Of a DNA stretch of 64,000 nucleotides, positions 51,406-63,892 are shown piece by piece (the stretch's first letter is position 1; every line of letters begins with the position of its first letter). The translations under genes and the position numbers were made by a program. The notes below the pieces were generated by a model that made no database searches, had not been told where the DNA came from, and saw nothing but the letters and a program-made list of their open reading frames with translations. Origin of the DNA: an uncultured virus (IMG/VR IMGVR_UViG_3300022885_000007). Its lineage: Duplodnaviria; Heunggongvirae; Uroviricota; Caudoviricetes. Location of the stretch: IMG/VR virus record IMGVR_UViG_3300022885_000007. One strand, given 5' to 3'.

Positions 51406-51910
51406 CCATTAATGTTTCTCGAAGCCCATTCGCTTATCTGCGTGAATGTTTCTTCGACAAAGGTTACAACTGCTTCGGCGCCACCATACATGTAGACACA
51501 CACTAAATATCCTACTATAAATCCTATTGCTAAATTTTTCATTCTCGTATCCCTTATTTTATTGTGTTAGTTGCTGGACCATATTCATCATAACAGCAGT
51601 ACCACTAATTGCACTACCAATCATAATTGCTCTATCGCTCCAACTCATTCCTACGTACACCCAACCGCAACTGCTTAACACATACGCAATTTGACCATAT
51701 GTTATAAAACCTGCACTCATGACAAATATACCAATAACACCCATTCCCATACTAAACCACTTAACATACCAATCTGGTGTACCGGTTGGAGTCATGGGTT
51801 TTACTTCATCATACTCATGTTGCAGTTCAGCGAGGTCTTGTTGAAGACGTTTCTTTTCGTTACGTAGATCAGCGGCCATCTTTCCTATTTTGCTAGGTAC
51901 GTACGGATCT

Positions 51911-51964
51911 TTAAGGTCTTGGTCGCTCTTAATGTCTTGATCGCTCTTAATGTCTTGATCGCTC
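51911..51964. repeat. 3 x 18-bp in-frame tandem repeat (SDQDIK) in ORF 51559-51966
   Basis: ttaatgtcttgatcgctc twice plus one variant copy. Confidence 0.9.
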
Positions 51965-53069
51965 ATATAAGTTTTACTCTATTCAATTGCGTTACCATAC
52001 CATTGCCATTTGATAGATGACGTTTAACTGTGCCCCTAATATTAACTACAGTAGATACCTTAGGACAAAATGAAGCAGATGCAAAACTCACCATTTCTTT
52101 TTGGTCAGTCGTTCCTGTTGTAAAACGACATTCCCATTTTGTTGACCAAACAGACTTGAGTATGGTAACGACAAGATCAAGTCTGTCTTTAATAGCACCA
52201 ATTGTTTTCAATGAAGCGGCCTCCTCCATCATAACATCTTCGGCCTTTCTCATTCTTGATCTTTTATAGACATGCGGTAAACTAGCAATAATAGCTAAAT
52301 CATGGTGCTTAGATATGACATCTTTGTTAGCAATTTCCATGGCTGACCGGTCGAAAGTACTCAAGTATTGATTAGCCAACACTTTAAAAGTCAATGCTTG
52401 GAAATGTTGACGAATTTTGACTCCTTCCTCCCTGTCCTTGGCAGTAAGATTTGTATTGCCTTTTTCTAAAAGTTCAAGCATGATAGTCTTGTTGGTCTTT
52501 TTTTCGGGAAAAAAGATTTGCTGGCTAGCACTCATGTAATATTTGTTAATGCGCTGAGCCTTACAAGAAATCATAAAAACGTCACTTGCGGGATAACTAA
52601 ACGTCTTTTTAGACTTATGCATAATTAACTGCTCCAGTAAGATTCACTTAGTGGGCTTAAGTAGTAAGGCATGTTGATGCCTTCAGTAACTGTGATTATT
52701 TCGCCAGTGCCAGGGCACCTACCAGTTCGAGTGATCATTGGTTCATCATAATCAGCAACTGCTACTATCACATAAGAAGAAGCAAATTGCTTGTGAACTT
52801 TTTTGAAGTGTGCTTCAGTAGCATCACGATATGCATTATACATCCTAGCCTTGTGTTCAGGTTTCCCTTCAGCAACTGCTTCAGCAACTTGATCAAATGC
52901 TGTTTGGTAGAATTTAACAGTTCGAGTGATACCTGCTTTAGCGGCACCGGCTGTTTTATACCGATCACTCTTATACGAAGCTCTACCAGGTTCATTGTGG
53001 ATTGAGTTGTCTGTGATATCGATGATATGAAACATAATTTTTCCTTTGATTAACTTAATTTGTACAGCT

Positions 53070-53098
53070 ATTATACTGCTTTGGGTATCCGTTGTCAA
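53070..53098 (-). promoter_or_regulatory. sigma70-type promoter
   Basis: TTGACA-N17-TATAAT. Confidence 0.85.
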
Positions 53099-53116
53099 TC
53101 TTTTTACCCATTATTT

Positions 53117-54811
53117 TCAGTTATTTAACTTAAATGTCGGATTATATGCTTCATATTCGCCTGTATACCAGTATTTAATGATCTTTTCTGCTGGTTTCCC
53201 TCTAATTGACTGTGATATGTTAGGGAATCCTTCACGTGGTGTCTGGGTGTGATGCTGATTAGGCTCTGCATACAGTGTGTCAGATAACCAGTATCCAGTG
53301 GTTGTAGTTGTACCTAAGGTCTCAAACACCACTTGATTATGTACTGCTCTCATTACTGCTTCTGTAAGGATTGCTTGAGCCGAGAAATCAGTTTGTATCT
53401 CATATTGTGTACATTCATAATAGACACCATCGAGTGTTCCTTCTGTACAGAATCCATCTTCCCACCAGCCCTTTGACAAGTATCTTGTATTACTTTGACT
53501 AAAAAAGTTGAAGATGACTTTGGGGATAGTCGTACTTGAATTATGCCAGCAAGGGTAATTATCTAAGCAATTCCATTCTTCATATGTTCTTTGTATCGAC
53601 TGCGCCGCTTTTTCTTGCAGTAACTCAACTGTTGCGGTTGCAACTTCTTCATCAGACAGCCTCATATCGGGTGATATTCCAACACCATCTACTTTATCAA
53701 AAACACGTTTATCATTCCAGATCACCCCTTCAGCAAGATAGACTTTCCCTGAGAATTTTTCTCTGATTTTGTCAATAAGAATTCCCATCCTTTCCATGTA
53801 ATAGTCTTTGAGTGCATCGGTTTCTACTTGACTGTGTCCTTGATCATCTACCCCACATGAAAAACACATCCACATCGCACTCCAATCTGCTGACACAGAC
53901 TCAACACCGAGAGTCTCCAATCGATCTGCTTCCCATATCATATGTTTTTCATGTGCATCCATAATTTTTATTAACAGTGGCATGTCAAGCCTAACGTTTC
54001 CGTTAAACGGAAACAGTAATTCATCAGTATTTGCGATACGCATGTTAAATTGCCATGCATAATGCACATCTAATCCTAGATCATGTGCTATTGCAGTAAT
54101 CATATCAATATCAGCATCAGACAAATCTTTGGTATTATGATTTACTTCCCATGCCCCATCATTAGTCACGTCCCAATAACCATAGTTATAAATCGATGCA
54201 GTATTCACGCCATGATCTTTAAGTCTACGTAAGGTCATCCTATACATGAGTTTTTTGTATTCGATTTCAGTACAATCAGCTATCCAACTAGTACCAGCTC
54301 TTTGGTGGGCGCCGTAAACTTGTCTTACTGAATAATCCTTAAATCCTATGCCTTTATAAAGGTGATCATCACCAAATGAGTTTTGTGCTATCGGCACTTC
54401 ATATTCCCCCAGGTATGACTGTGGGATATCTGCATTATGTGGATTAACACACGAGCCTTCAGAGTCTTCTGTATTGACTGTAATTTCGACACTTGAAGAG
54501 GCATCTCCGCATGTAATTGTAAAGACTTGATCACCATAGCTAGTAATAATAACCGTTTCGCTTCCAGATGTGGATTTAGTACCAGACCAATACCCTGATG
54601 CCGAGCAAGAAGATGCGTTAGCACTGCTCCATGAGACTATAGTGGACTCGCCCAGAAATACAGTAGTTGGATTTGCTGATATAGATGCAGTTGCTGAATT
54701 ACTCAGAAGAGAAGTACTGGATGTTGTTGGTGCGGGTGTTGCATCTGAGCCTCCACCTCCACCACATGCTGAAAGGAGTAAAATACTCGAAATTAGTATT
54801 AGATTTTTCAT
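53117..54811 (-). CDS. Large lipoprotein with an Ig-like domain and a possible glycoside-hydrolase-like barrel
   Basis: LSA^CGGGGGS lipobox, S/T linker, Ig-like W/C pattern; own promoter TTGACT-N17-TACAAT at 54843-54871. Confidence 0.6.
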   Translation of the reverse strand: MKNLILISSILLLSACGGGGGSDATPAPTTSSTSLLSNSATASISANPTTVFLGESTIVSWSSANASSCSASGYWSGTKSTSGSETVIITSYGDQVFTITCGDASSSVEITVNTEDSEGSCVNPHNADIPQSYLGEYEVPIAQNSFGDDHLYKGIGFKDYSVRQVYGAHQRAGTSWIADCTEIEYKKLMYRMTLRRLKDHGVNTASIYNYGYWDVTNDGAWEVNHNTKDLSDADIDMITAIAHDLGLDVHYAWQFNMRIANTDELLFPFNGNVRLDMPLLIKIMDAHEKHMIWEADRLETLGVESVSADWSAMWMCFSCGVDDQGHSQVETDALKDYYMERMGILIDKIREKFSGKVYLAEGVIWNDKRVFDKVDGVGISPDMRLSDEEVATATVELLQEKAAQSIQRTYEEWNCLDNYPCWHNSSTTIPKVIFNFFSQSNTRYLSKGWWEDGFCTEGTLDGVYYECTQYEIQTDFSAQAILTEAVMRAVHNQVVFETLGTTTTTGYWLSDTLYAEPNQHHTQTPREGFPNISQSIRGKPAEKIIKYWYTGEYEAYNPTFKLNN

Positions 54812-55503
54812 ATATACCCATTATTAATGATAATAGGTGTGCATTGTACTGTGGAATGGATTCAAAGTCAATAAAAAAATGCCAAAAATTTACATTTCGG
54901 GCATTTTACGTGTTTTCTAACGATTTGTTAGTTTAGATTTGTGATATGGAAAAAGCCATAACGTAGAATGATGCTGAAAACAGAATCACCATTCCCAAAG
55001 ACTCACTATCTAAATCTAACTTCTGCTTTATGCTAAGAAGTTTTTTCAAGTTATTCTCCGTGTGTAATATAACGTGTGTTATTAGTATACTATGTGCTTT
55101 ATGCATATTGGTTATGACAAATACGCATACTATGCTAATATCGTAGGACCCTCCTACGCCTCTATTTATACCTACGGAAAGATTATGTTATTTTTTATTT
55201 TCTACTCTTTCTTTTCTTTCAAAGCCTCTCGTCGAGCATATTCGTCTGCTTCCTTACTCAGTATTTCTCCTTGCGTTTCTCCAAAATCAATCTCTACCAG
55301 ATCAAGCCAGCTCAAATCCATATTCCAATCATCTGTATTAAAAGACTGCACTTGAGCCATAAGATATTTTTCTCTGTTAGTAATCATAACTCCACCCATT
55401 CCTCTTTGTGACCACAAGGGAAGCATAAAGCACTCGCGTTAGGGCGATTATCCTTGTTCGAGACCACGAGGTGTGCGAACGTTGAAGCCTGCGCAGAAAA
55501 CCC

Positions 55504-55733
55504 CAAGGACATCGCTAAATGCATCACCATTTCTTTGCCACAATTAGGGCAGTCCATCATACCCCTTCCATGATTCCGCAAGGGTAGCAAGACGCAGTTG
55601 CGTTGTCCCAGTCAATCCCGCAAATTTGAACCTCTTTACTGCGAAGCACTTTCTTGGTCACACCGTGAGCATATTTTGCAGGAAGCCGCAAGGACATCGC
55701 TAAATGCATCACCATTTCTTTGCCACAATTAGG
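55504..55733. repeat. 45-bp direct repeat (55504-55548 and 55689-55733) giving two ORFs the same CPNCGKEMVMHLAMSL start
   Basis: Identical caaggacatcgctaaatgcatcaccatttctttgccacaattagg. Confidence 0.9.
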
Positions 55734-55932
55734 ACATTTCATCCCTTCACCTCTTCACGTTCAACTAGCATCATCGCCAGTTTAGGCATTTTTAATTTCA
55801 TCAGCCAATATGGAGCGTACCCAACCTCAATCAATTTATGCTTTGGCATTGCCAGCTTGAGAAGGTCTGCGGCTTTGCGGTTGGGTGTACTAGCAGTTAT
55901 TCGTACATCTGCATCATCGTATATAAAATAAA

Positions 55933-56430
55933 TCACACTTTCACTCCCTCTGGTTTATTTACAGGCATGTTAATCATATGAGTCCAAGCCACCACATTTT
56001 CATTTTCGTAACACATAGTACCATCTTCGTAATACCACGTTATCTCAGTGCCGTCATGACCATCTACTTCTGCATAACACGAATCCTCCGTCATATACAT
56101 TACTACGGGGTAATCACTGCCCACATTTCCCACCACAAAAACATCCTCGCGCTCTTTTGGTCTCTTCTCCGTCGGACAGTACCATTCATGTGTGTATGTC
56201 ATCACATCTTTTGGGCGTTTAAGTTTAGGCACCCAATGCGACACGCTATCAAAATCCATCTGCAAGGCATCGTCCAGAACGACCCACAAATAGTGTATCC
56301 AAGCCTCTCCCAGAGACTTTTCCTCAACGCAAAACCTTGCACTTGCTTGCCCATTAATAGCGGGAATGTAAATGAGAACCTCATCCCCCACTTCAGGCGT
56401 CTTATCTTCAAGACTAATCCAGTCATTCAT
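55933..56430 (-). CDS. DUF551-like protein with two domains
   Basis: WISLEDKTP..VSHW.P, repeated. Confidence 0.65.
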   Translation of the reverse strand: MNDWISLEDKTPEVGDEVLIYIPAINGQASARFCVEEKSLGEAWIHYLWVVLDDALQMDFDSVSHWVPKLKRPKDVMTYTHEWYCPTEKRPKEREDVFVVGNVGSDYPVVMYMTEDSCYAEVDGHDGTEITWYYEDGTMCYENENVVAWTHMINMPVNKPEGVKV

Positions 56431-57014
56431 TTGTAGACCACGCTAAACTTTACTTTTGTGATGCCCGCAGTGCAGACCGTTTCGCTAAGGGCGCCGTATT
56501 GATTCATCCTTTCTATGCCAGTATCTTGATCAAAGTTATAATCAATCAGCCTTTCAGATGCTTTTATATTCTCAACCATATTCAGCAAAACAGTAATTAA
56601 TTGTTTTTTGTCGCTTTCGTTGCTCTGTAATGAAAATTTCATGATACATCTCTGTTTAGTTGTGGCTCTACGATATAATGCCAATCCAGTCCCGGCGTTG
56701 GGAATGTCGATCCACCACATTCACCATTATACCACTTCCAGCCGTCTTTCACCTTTTCCCAATGGCCGCCACCAAGATCGTAAACCTTTGTGCCTTCTGG
56801 ATGGTGTGCCCATCCTTTGCTTCTCTTAAACTGCTTTTTAATATTCATCACTTCACCCCAACTGGTTTTAATTTATTCAATCTGTGTCCTTCGCTTTTCG
56901 CGTGTTCTTTAGACTCAAATGCGCCAGATACATATTCTATCGTTAAAGCGCCAACCTCACTCTGCCAGAAAATACACCAGCCACAATATTCCAATCTGAA
57001 ATCGCAGATATACA

Positions 57015-57365
57015 TCACTTCACCCCCACTGGTTTTAACTTAATGTCATTCAAGATGTCGCAGACTTGTTGGCACTTGGCTTCTGTGGATTGGTATATAA
57101 TCCCTGTAGGAGTCTCATGTCCGCCCTCGGTAATCTCCCACTCTCCCCCAATGCGGCAGTAAGAAGGCCACCACACTTGACGGAATCGACTCCAATCAGG
57201 CACATAATCACTCTCGACGTTCAAACACGCTTGGTTGATTAGCCCTTGTACTTTTGAATACTCTGCGGCTTTATTTGCTTTCAACAACCGTTCTGTCGCT
57301 CTCTCATGGATACTCTCGGCTATTAACAGTTTGTCCCTCAACTCTTGTTCTGTGTGTTCATCCAT
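57015..57365 (-). CDS. Hypothetical protein of the 'KPVGVK' repeated family
   Basis: EYSKVQGLINQACLNVESDYVPDW..QSTEAKCQQVCDILN. Confidence 0.75.
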   Translation of the reverse strand: MDEHTEQELRDKLLIAESIHERATERLLKANKAAEYSKVQGLINQACLNVESDYVPDWSRFRQVWWPSYCRIGGEWEITEGGHETPTGIIYQSTEAKCQQVCDILNDIKLKPVGVK

Positions 57366-59474
57366 CGCTCTGCTCCTGTCGCTAAAGAATTATTGTGGTA
57401 TACTCCATACCAGGATTATACCTGTTACTGGTGTGATTATGAACCAACCAAAGTTTATAAGATCAACTATAACCCAAAGCATCGATGGCGGAACTTCTAC
57501 CATACACCCTTCTTCGTCTTGAATCTGCTCTGGTTCGAATCGGTAAAGTCCTGCGACTATCGCATAGAATACTGCTATGATAGTATACGATGCCCATATT
57601 TGACATACTGTTTGTACAAATAATTCATTTATCAATTGATGTTCCTCCAATGAGTAAATAGTCTACTAATGAGAAGAAGCCTACAATAATACCACAGTAT
57701 AATATAAACAACAGTATGTTGAATGTCCATGCTCCTATGAACCGTCGTCGTTCTCGTTTAAAGTATTCGTGGCGATTCATATTGAGTCCTCTTTTTTTCT
57801 TGGCTCTGTTCTTTGGTCATATTTAAACGCCCCTGTGGCGCTCTCCATCGATGGATACTTGTTACATTTATAACACTTATGTAACTGAAATGGCAATTCT
57901 TTCCGAGGAATGAGAATGTATCCTCTATCATGGCACTGCATACATTCTTCATGCTCAGGGTCTGGGCCCTCCATCGTCAACTGCACATCTTGTACGATTG
58001 TTTTTACAATAGCTAAATTGTGGGCATGCTCTTCAGCTTGTTCTAATAGATCGTTTTCTGCCGTGATCAACAGTGCTTGCACACATTCCAATTTCTTTAT
58101 TGCCCTTTCCAGTTGTCCATCATCCATCATGTAATCTCCATCCAGTATATCCAGCTTCATAATGTATCATAGTTTCTTCGACATACCTAGTCGAATCAAT
58201 TAAGAACATATCTCCAGACTCGGACTTAAATGGTAACAACGTTTTGGTTTTCCACATTATTTTACTCCTTAGACCGTCTATTAAGTTAGTTATGTTGCTT
58301 ATCCATTTACTCATTCATCACATCACCAGGGGGCTTAGGTGTTTGTTCGGCACCCGCTGTATGTGGCGTATAGCCTGCATGTTGCATCATGCCAACCTTA
58401 GTAGGGTCTTTATACTCAGTTATCGTGTCATGTGTGTCGTGTTTACGGTTCAGTTTTGGATGGTTTAACGCTTCATACAAAACGAAGCGGTGCTTAAAGT
58501 CTCCAGTATAGGGCCTCTTAACATTATTAATGTATACTCCCCTTTCGTTGTAATCCTCTACCCGACCCTCGTGGTTTGGGTTAGTTGTGGATACACCATG
58601 GATAGTGACATGATCACCTATATTATAGGTCCTATCGGCTGAACTCGGCTTTAGCTGTTGTTTATCTTCCAATTCACTCATCTTATAGGACATCTTATAG
58701 GATTCTTGGTGATCACCAATCAGACGCACACCGTTTGGTGAGAATTGCATAAGAAATTCTTCAATAGTCATGGCTAACAACTCTGCACGAGTCGATCTAC
58801 CGCCACAATTGTTTGTTGCAGTATAGACACTGAATAAACTCTCGTAATAATTCTCTAATGCTTTAGGGTCTGTAAGTTTTTTCATACTGGTATCCTTGTT
58901 AATAATTCATTTTGCATAACCAGTAACATCATCTCATTATGCTTTGGGTACCCAAAGCTTGGGTCTGTCTTTAACAATAGATCATAGACAGCTTGTACAT
59001 GCTTTGTTGTCATGTCCATCACCCGAACATAAGTTACTGGTTGATCACCGTTTATCCCATAACTGCCCCAACGAACCTTTGATCGTATCAAGTCGTGGTC
59101 GTCGTCGTTATTCAGAGACAACATTGTCTCATCACCATTATTAGAACGCCTAAGGAACGTAAGACCTCCATCGATCATATACCACTTACCATTAGCATCA
59201 ATGTACTCATTGTAATCATGACGATATCGAGATTCCAATACAGTACCATCAGGTGTACGTAGTGCACTGTACACAACTCTTGTTCGGTGTTCTGTCTCGG
59301 GGTGTTTAATACGTTTAGTGTACCACATGTGAATCCTCCTCCTCTTCTTCATCTTCAACAATGTCACAACAACCATCTTCGTCGCCGTGCAACCAGTCCT
59401 CGCAACTACCATTCCATCCATCAATATTCATATACAGAGTATATCATAGTTTTGGATACAATGCAACACCTTAA

Positions 59475-59684
59475 TTAATCTAACACTGGAGGAAGGGGTT
59501 GAGGCATCCAGTGAGTAACATCGTCTGTCAAGAACCCATGTCTCCCACCAAATTGATGACAGGTGTAACCTTCCTCAACGAAAGTTCTATATGTACCAAA
59601 GTGCATACCCACAAATTCAAAATAGTATATAACCCTTTGATCCTCAGTTGGGTATCTGTCTTTAACACTGATCCATTCACTCAT
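59475..59684 (-). CDS. DUF551-like protein
   Basis: WISVKDRYP..VTHWMPQP. Confidence 0.75.
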   Translation of the reverse strand: MSEWISVKDRYPTEDQRVIYYFEFVGMHFGTYRTFVEEGYTCHQFGGRHGFLTDDVTHWMPQPLPPVLD

Positions 59685-60165
59685 GATCCTTCTCCGTATT
59701 TAAAGTTGCTATGATTTCATCTGGGGTAAAGTAGCGCCAATATCCATAATGAGGGGAGTCCTTAGGTAATTTACCATGCATATCCTCATCTTCATGTTCC
59801 ACAATTGCGGCGGTACTTCTGGATCTTTTGCGATATACAAATCCATTCACTGCGAATAATGTGCCAAAAGGGGCTACTTTAAAAACCATATCAGTTGAGT
59901 ATTTTGTTTCCCATTCGTAATATCCACCATCATATATAAATTCTTTCGGCGGTGTTGGTAATGGCATCCAATGCGATACATCATCGATTTCTATCTGATC
60001 AATATCATCTAGTACTATCCACCAAGTCTCAGTAGGATTAAAATAATTCCCATTATCAACATAAAGACTTACACTGGCATAACTCTTGCTACAATGAATA
60101 TATCCAAGAACGTGTTCGCCTTCTTTTGGTAATCTATCGTTGATGCTTATCCATTCACTCATCAC
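59677..60165 (-). CDS. DUF551-like protein with a C-terminal extension
   Basis: WISINDRLP..VSHWMPLPTPP. Confidence 0.75.
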   Translation of the reverse strand: MMSEWISINDRLPKEGEHVLGYIHCSKSYASVSLYVDNGNYFNPTETWWIVLDDIDQIEIDDVSHWMPLPTPPKEFIYDGGYYEWETKYSTDMVFKVAPFGTLFAVNGFVYRKRSRSTAAIVEHEDEDMHGKLPKDSPHYGYWRYFTPDEIIATLNTEKDHE

Positions 60166-63105
60166 TCACCTGCACCCATTAATTTTCTTGTTGCTCGCTG
60201 ACTGGCGCTCTCGCATTCCCTGTAGGATATTGCTTTAGTTGAAATGCTAAATAGATTGTCCGTTATTGGTGTAGCAACTATCTCGCGCAAGTGTCCACAA
60301 CAAATTACAGTCCCGCTATATTCACCGAACAGGAATTCAACTTCCCCTTTGTTTAGAGTTGTCTGTCCACCTGGGGCAGAGCTAAGATAATTCAATACAT
60401 GTGTGACGTTTTTCATCATTTCATCCTCGTCTAATAAATTTTAAATTCCATATGGCATCCACATAAACCAACACATAACCAATACTATGGCAATCATGTC
60501 TCCGGTATCCAAGAATAATCCAGTAAATGATGGCACTGGGTTCTTTGCGGCTACGTACCTGTCAGCCGCATTACTAAGCGCCTTTTCTACAGTGTCATCT
60601 CCATAATCAGATTTTAGCCATTGGTTAAGTTCGATCTCGGTGGCCGGTTCGGAGGCCCAAGCTTCCATCAAATATTTTTCTCTTTCAGTAATCATAACTT
60701 CCCCTTTGGTCTCTTGCGAGCCGTAACCTCCTTAGCCTGAACACTTTGCTCAATGTTAGAGAAATCGAAATCAACAAGATCCTCGTTTTGCTGGTCGATA
60801 ATTTCGTTTAGGAGTGCGTATCGTTGATGTACGTTTTGATCGGTTGAACTAGTCAAATAATGTATTAGTAATAATAATTGAGAATTTGATATTTTCATTG
60901 TAATTTCCATAGTTGTTTAGTTATAAGTATTCGCATTCAATCGGACAAAGAGGGCTAACGCTGAACAACATCTTCCCAGTATCCGAACGCCCTATATATG
61001 TTGAATAGGGGTCGCCAGTGTAATGCAGGAAATCATGCTTGATTCCCGCCACCACGCCTCCTGCAAGTTGCTGACCTACAAAGTAAGATTTAGCGCCTGC
61101 TTCTGTTACAATTGAAAGTGTTTTAATACTCGCGCTTGAGTCAGCGGCGGCTGTCGTAACCATCAATTCACCGCCAATGAATAGCCAATTATCCATCCTA
61201 TTACCAATAAACACACGCTTAAATACAAGCTAATTCGTATAACACGCTTTACCATTAGTTTACCTACCTCATTTCCAAAACCCGGTCCCATCATCACTTC
61301 TCCTCCACTGATTCAGTGGTGTTGTTAATATCCTCCGCATTGATGCGGGCCTCTATAGCGTCCCAAGTTGGTTCATACTCAGGCCAGTCATGCTCGACTA
61401 CTACCGCCTTTAAAGATTCCTTTTTATGTAACAATCGGCTTTGCTCAACCCGAAAGCATATGTTACTTAACTGTATTTTTTGACTCTCGTTAAGAAACTC
61501 TTCTATATCTGACATTTTAAGTACTACATATCTTTGTTCTTTGTTCATCACTTCTCCTTTGCCGGCCAAAAATCGCAACGGCATGTCACAGTATAGTTTT
61601 CCCCTTTTCGGCGGGATTCAAATACAGACCAGTACCCTCCATAACACCTCTCCACCTCATCTATGGTTCTATCATGGAACCACTCTGCAACTCCTTTGTG
61701 GGCAGGCGGACTATCTCTACGGAGCTGTTCACTGGGAACATGATAAATTCTTGAGAACTCTCTTATGGGTTTGTTTGCCTCAACGATTGCTTCCATATTC
61801 ATTTGAATTTCTTTCCTAGCCAGTTATGAACAGTGCCTGTTTTATTTTTATTTTTGTTTTTGGTCTTTTTATGTGTTTTTTCTATTTCTTCAAGCTCATC
61901 AAAAATAATCCAATCCGCTTGTAAGCCGTTCACCTTGCCGGTATATTTCACTTCACTTTCCATAAAAATGCAGTGAGACCCTTCTCCGATCCCAAGCCTT
62001 AAAATAGTTACTAGCCAAAAATTCTTTTCTTGCCTTTATAAAATGACCCCGATAATCGCATTTGGCACATTCAAAAGGGCCGTACACGTAGCTTTTACGT
62101 GCATTTTCGCGTGGTAAACGGCCCTCTTCGTATGGGCCTTCACATTTGTGGCATATAATTTTCATAACCTTTCCTCATTCTTCACCCTCGGCCTATTCGG
62201 CCTATTCGGTAAGCATTAATCGACATAATAATAACCGCATACACCCATGACAGTAAAAACGCCGCTAGACAATACCAGAGCATATTTTCGTAAGGCGCTT
62301 CGTATGTGATTAATCCAGTGAGTACCACTATGCCCTGAGTAAGCAGAACAGTGCCTGTTATATTTGTTAACATTGTTGCCCAAAAATAGCTTAATTTTTT
62401 CATCACTTCACCTCTGTTTAATCTTCATTCTTCTTTCGTCTTTCTCGTTTATCTTTGATTTCAGAGAAGATGTAAGACTCCCCCGTTAGGATATCCCAGC
62501 TTTCAGAGTAGAAGGTTTTTATCTTTTCTCTCTCCTCTAATATAATTACTACAGGTATGACAATAGGCGAGAATATTAACATTGTTATAGCTTTGAGCAC
62601 TAGTTTGATTTCATCAAATCTTAGTAAGTCTTTCATGCGTACTGCGTTTTGCAAATCTGTTTCTTTTGACATGTCTATTATCCCTCTATTTCCATTGATA
62701 TAGCCGACATACGGTCCCTATGGGATTTGGTCAATACTAACGCAATGGTGGTCCATAAAGAAATAGCCACTGCTCCACACAAATACCAGTGTATGTGTCT
62801 GTAAGAAGATGTGGGCACAATCATGTCATTGAGTACAAAAATCGCATAAGTATAGAATGCAGTTGCTGTAACCTTTGTTATTTCGATTGATCCCTTGATA
62901 CTCCACTTAAGGTTCTGGTCGCTTAGTCTTTTCATTAAAATACAAACGTCATAAAAAATATGTGGACTCTTATGTAGCCTGCTTCCGAGTGAACGCAAAA
63001 CAAACAACGTGCCTCGTCCTCCCAATTATTGACGGACAAAAGCCAACACCCATATATTGAATCCGAAGGTATCCAATCTATTCCAAATAAGTCAAAACTC
63101 ATATA

Positions 63106-63370
63106 CTCCACTCCTTGTTAATCCAATCAATGTTTAGTCTTTTCATTCGAACGAGAAAAAGAATTTCATAAAAAATATATCGAGGAGTATATAGTCCGCG
63201 CACCAATCAGCGCCCAACAAACAACGAACCTCGCCATCCGGCCCCCAAATATTAATGGCCCCAATTAAAACTGAATATAGTGAATCCTTAGGTACCCAAT
63301 TTATTACAAATAAAATAAAACTCATGTGCTCCACTCCTTGTTAATCCAATCAATGTTTAGTCTTTTCATT
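63106..63370. repeat. 42-bp direct repeat (63106-63147 and 63329-63370) with a degenerate third copy near 63591
   Basis: ctccactccttgttaatccaatcaatgtttagtcttttcatt. Confidence 0.9.
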
Positions 63371-63583
63371 ATACCGAGATAAAGAACTGCATATAAAATA
63401 AATCGAGGGTTATATAGGCACCGCCATACAAGGGCTGGCCTGTATGCATGTCCACGCCTGGGTCCCAGGCAACGCCTAACAAACAACGAATATCCTCATC
63501 CCAATTATTAACGCCCATAAAATGAAACGCATATATTGAATACTTGGTTACCCATTCTATTTCAAATAAAATAAAACTCAAAT

Positions 63584-63892
63584 TCACGTACTCCACTCCT
63601 TAATAATCCAATCAGTATCTTTGTCTAATAATTCCACACGGTCTTTTATTTGATTATATAAACCAGACATACTCATGCGCATGGCGTATCCTTTTTTGTG
63701 TACTACATAGCAACTGCCGCTCTCTCCATAAAAGCGCCAATGTTTTCCTGCATCCTCTACTCTAGTAATACCACTGTTCAGCCTCCAACTGCCGCCAGTA
63801 GTATATCCACCACTCCATCCGCCTAGTACTTTGTAAAGACCTGCTTCCATCTTTACGACGACCCAACTGTCTGGATAATAATCATTGTTCAT
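63584..63892 (-). CDS. Conserved phage hypothetical protein
   Basis: YYPDSWVV..GWSGGY..SWRLNSGI..GESGS.Y. Confidence 0.7.
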   Translation of the reverse strand: MNNDYYPDSWVVVKMEAGLYKVLGGWSGGYTTGGSWRLNSGITRVEDAGKHWRFYGESGSCYVVHKKGYAMRMSMSGLYNQIKDRVELLDKDTDWIIKEWST

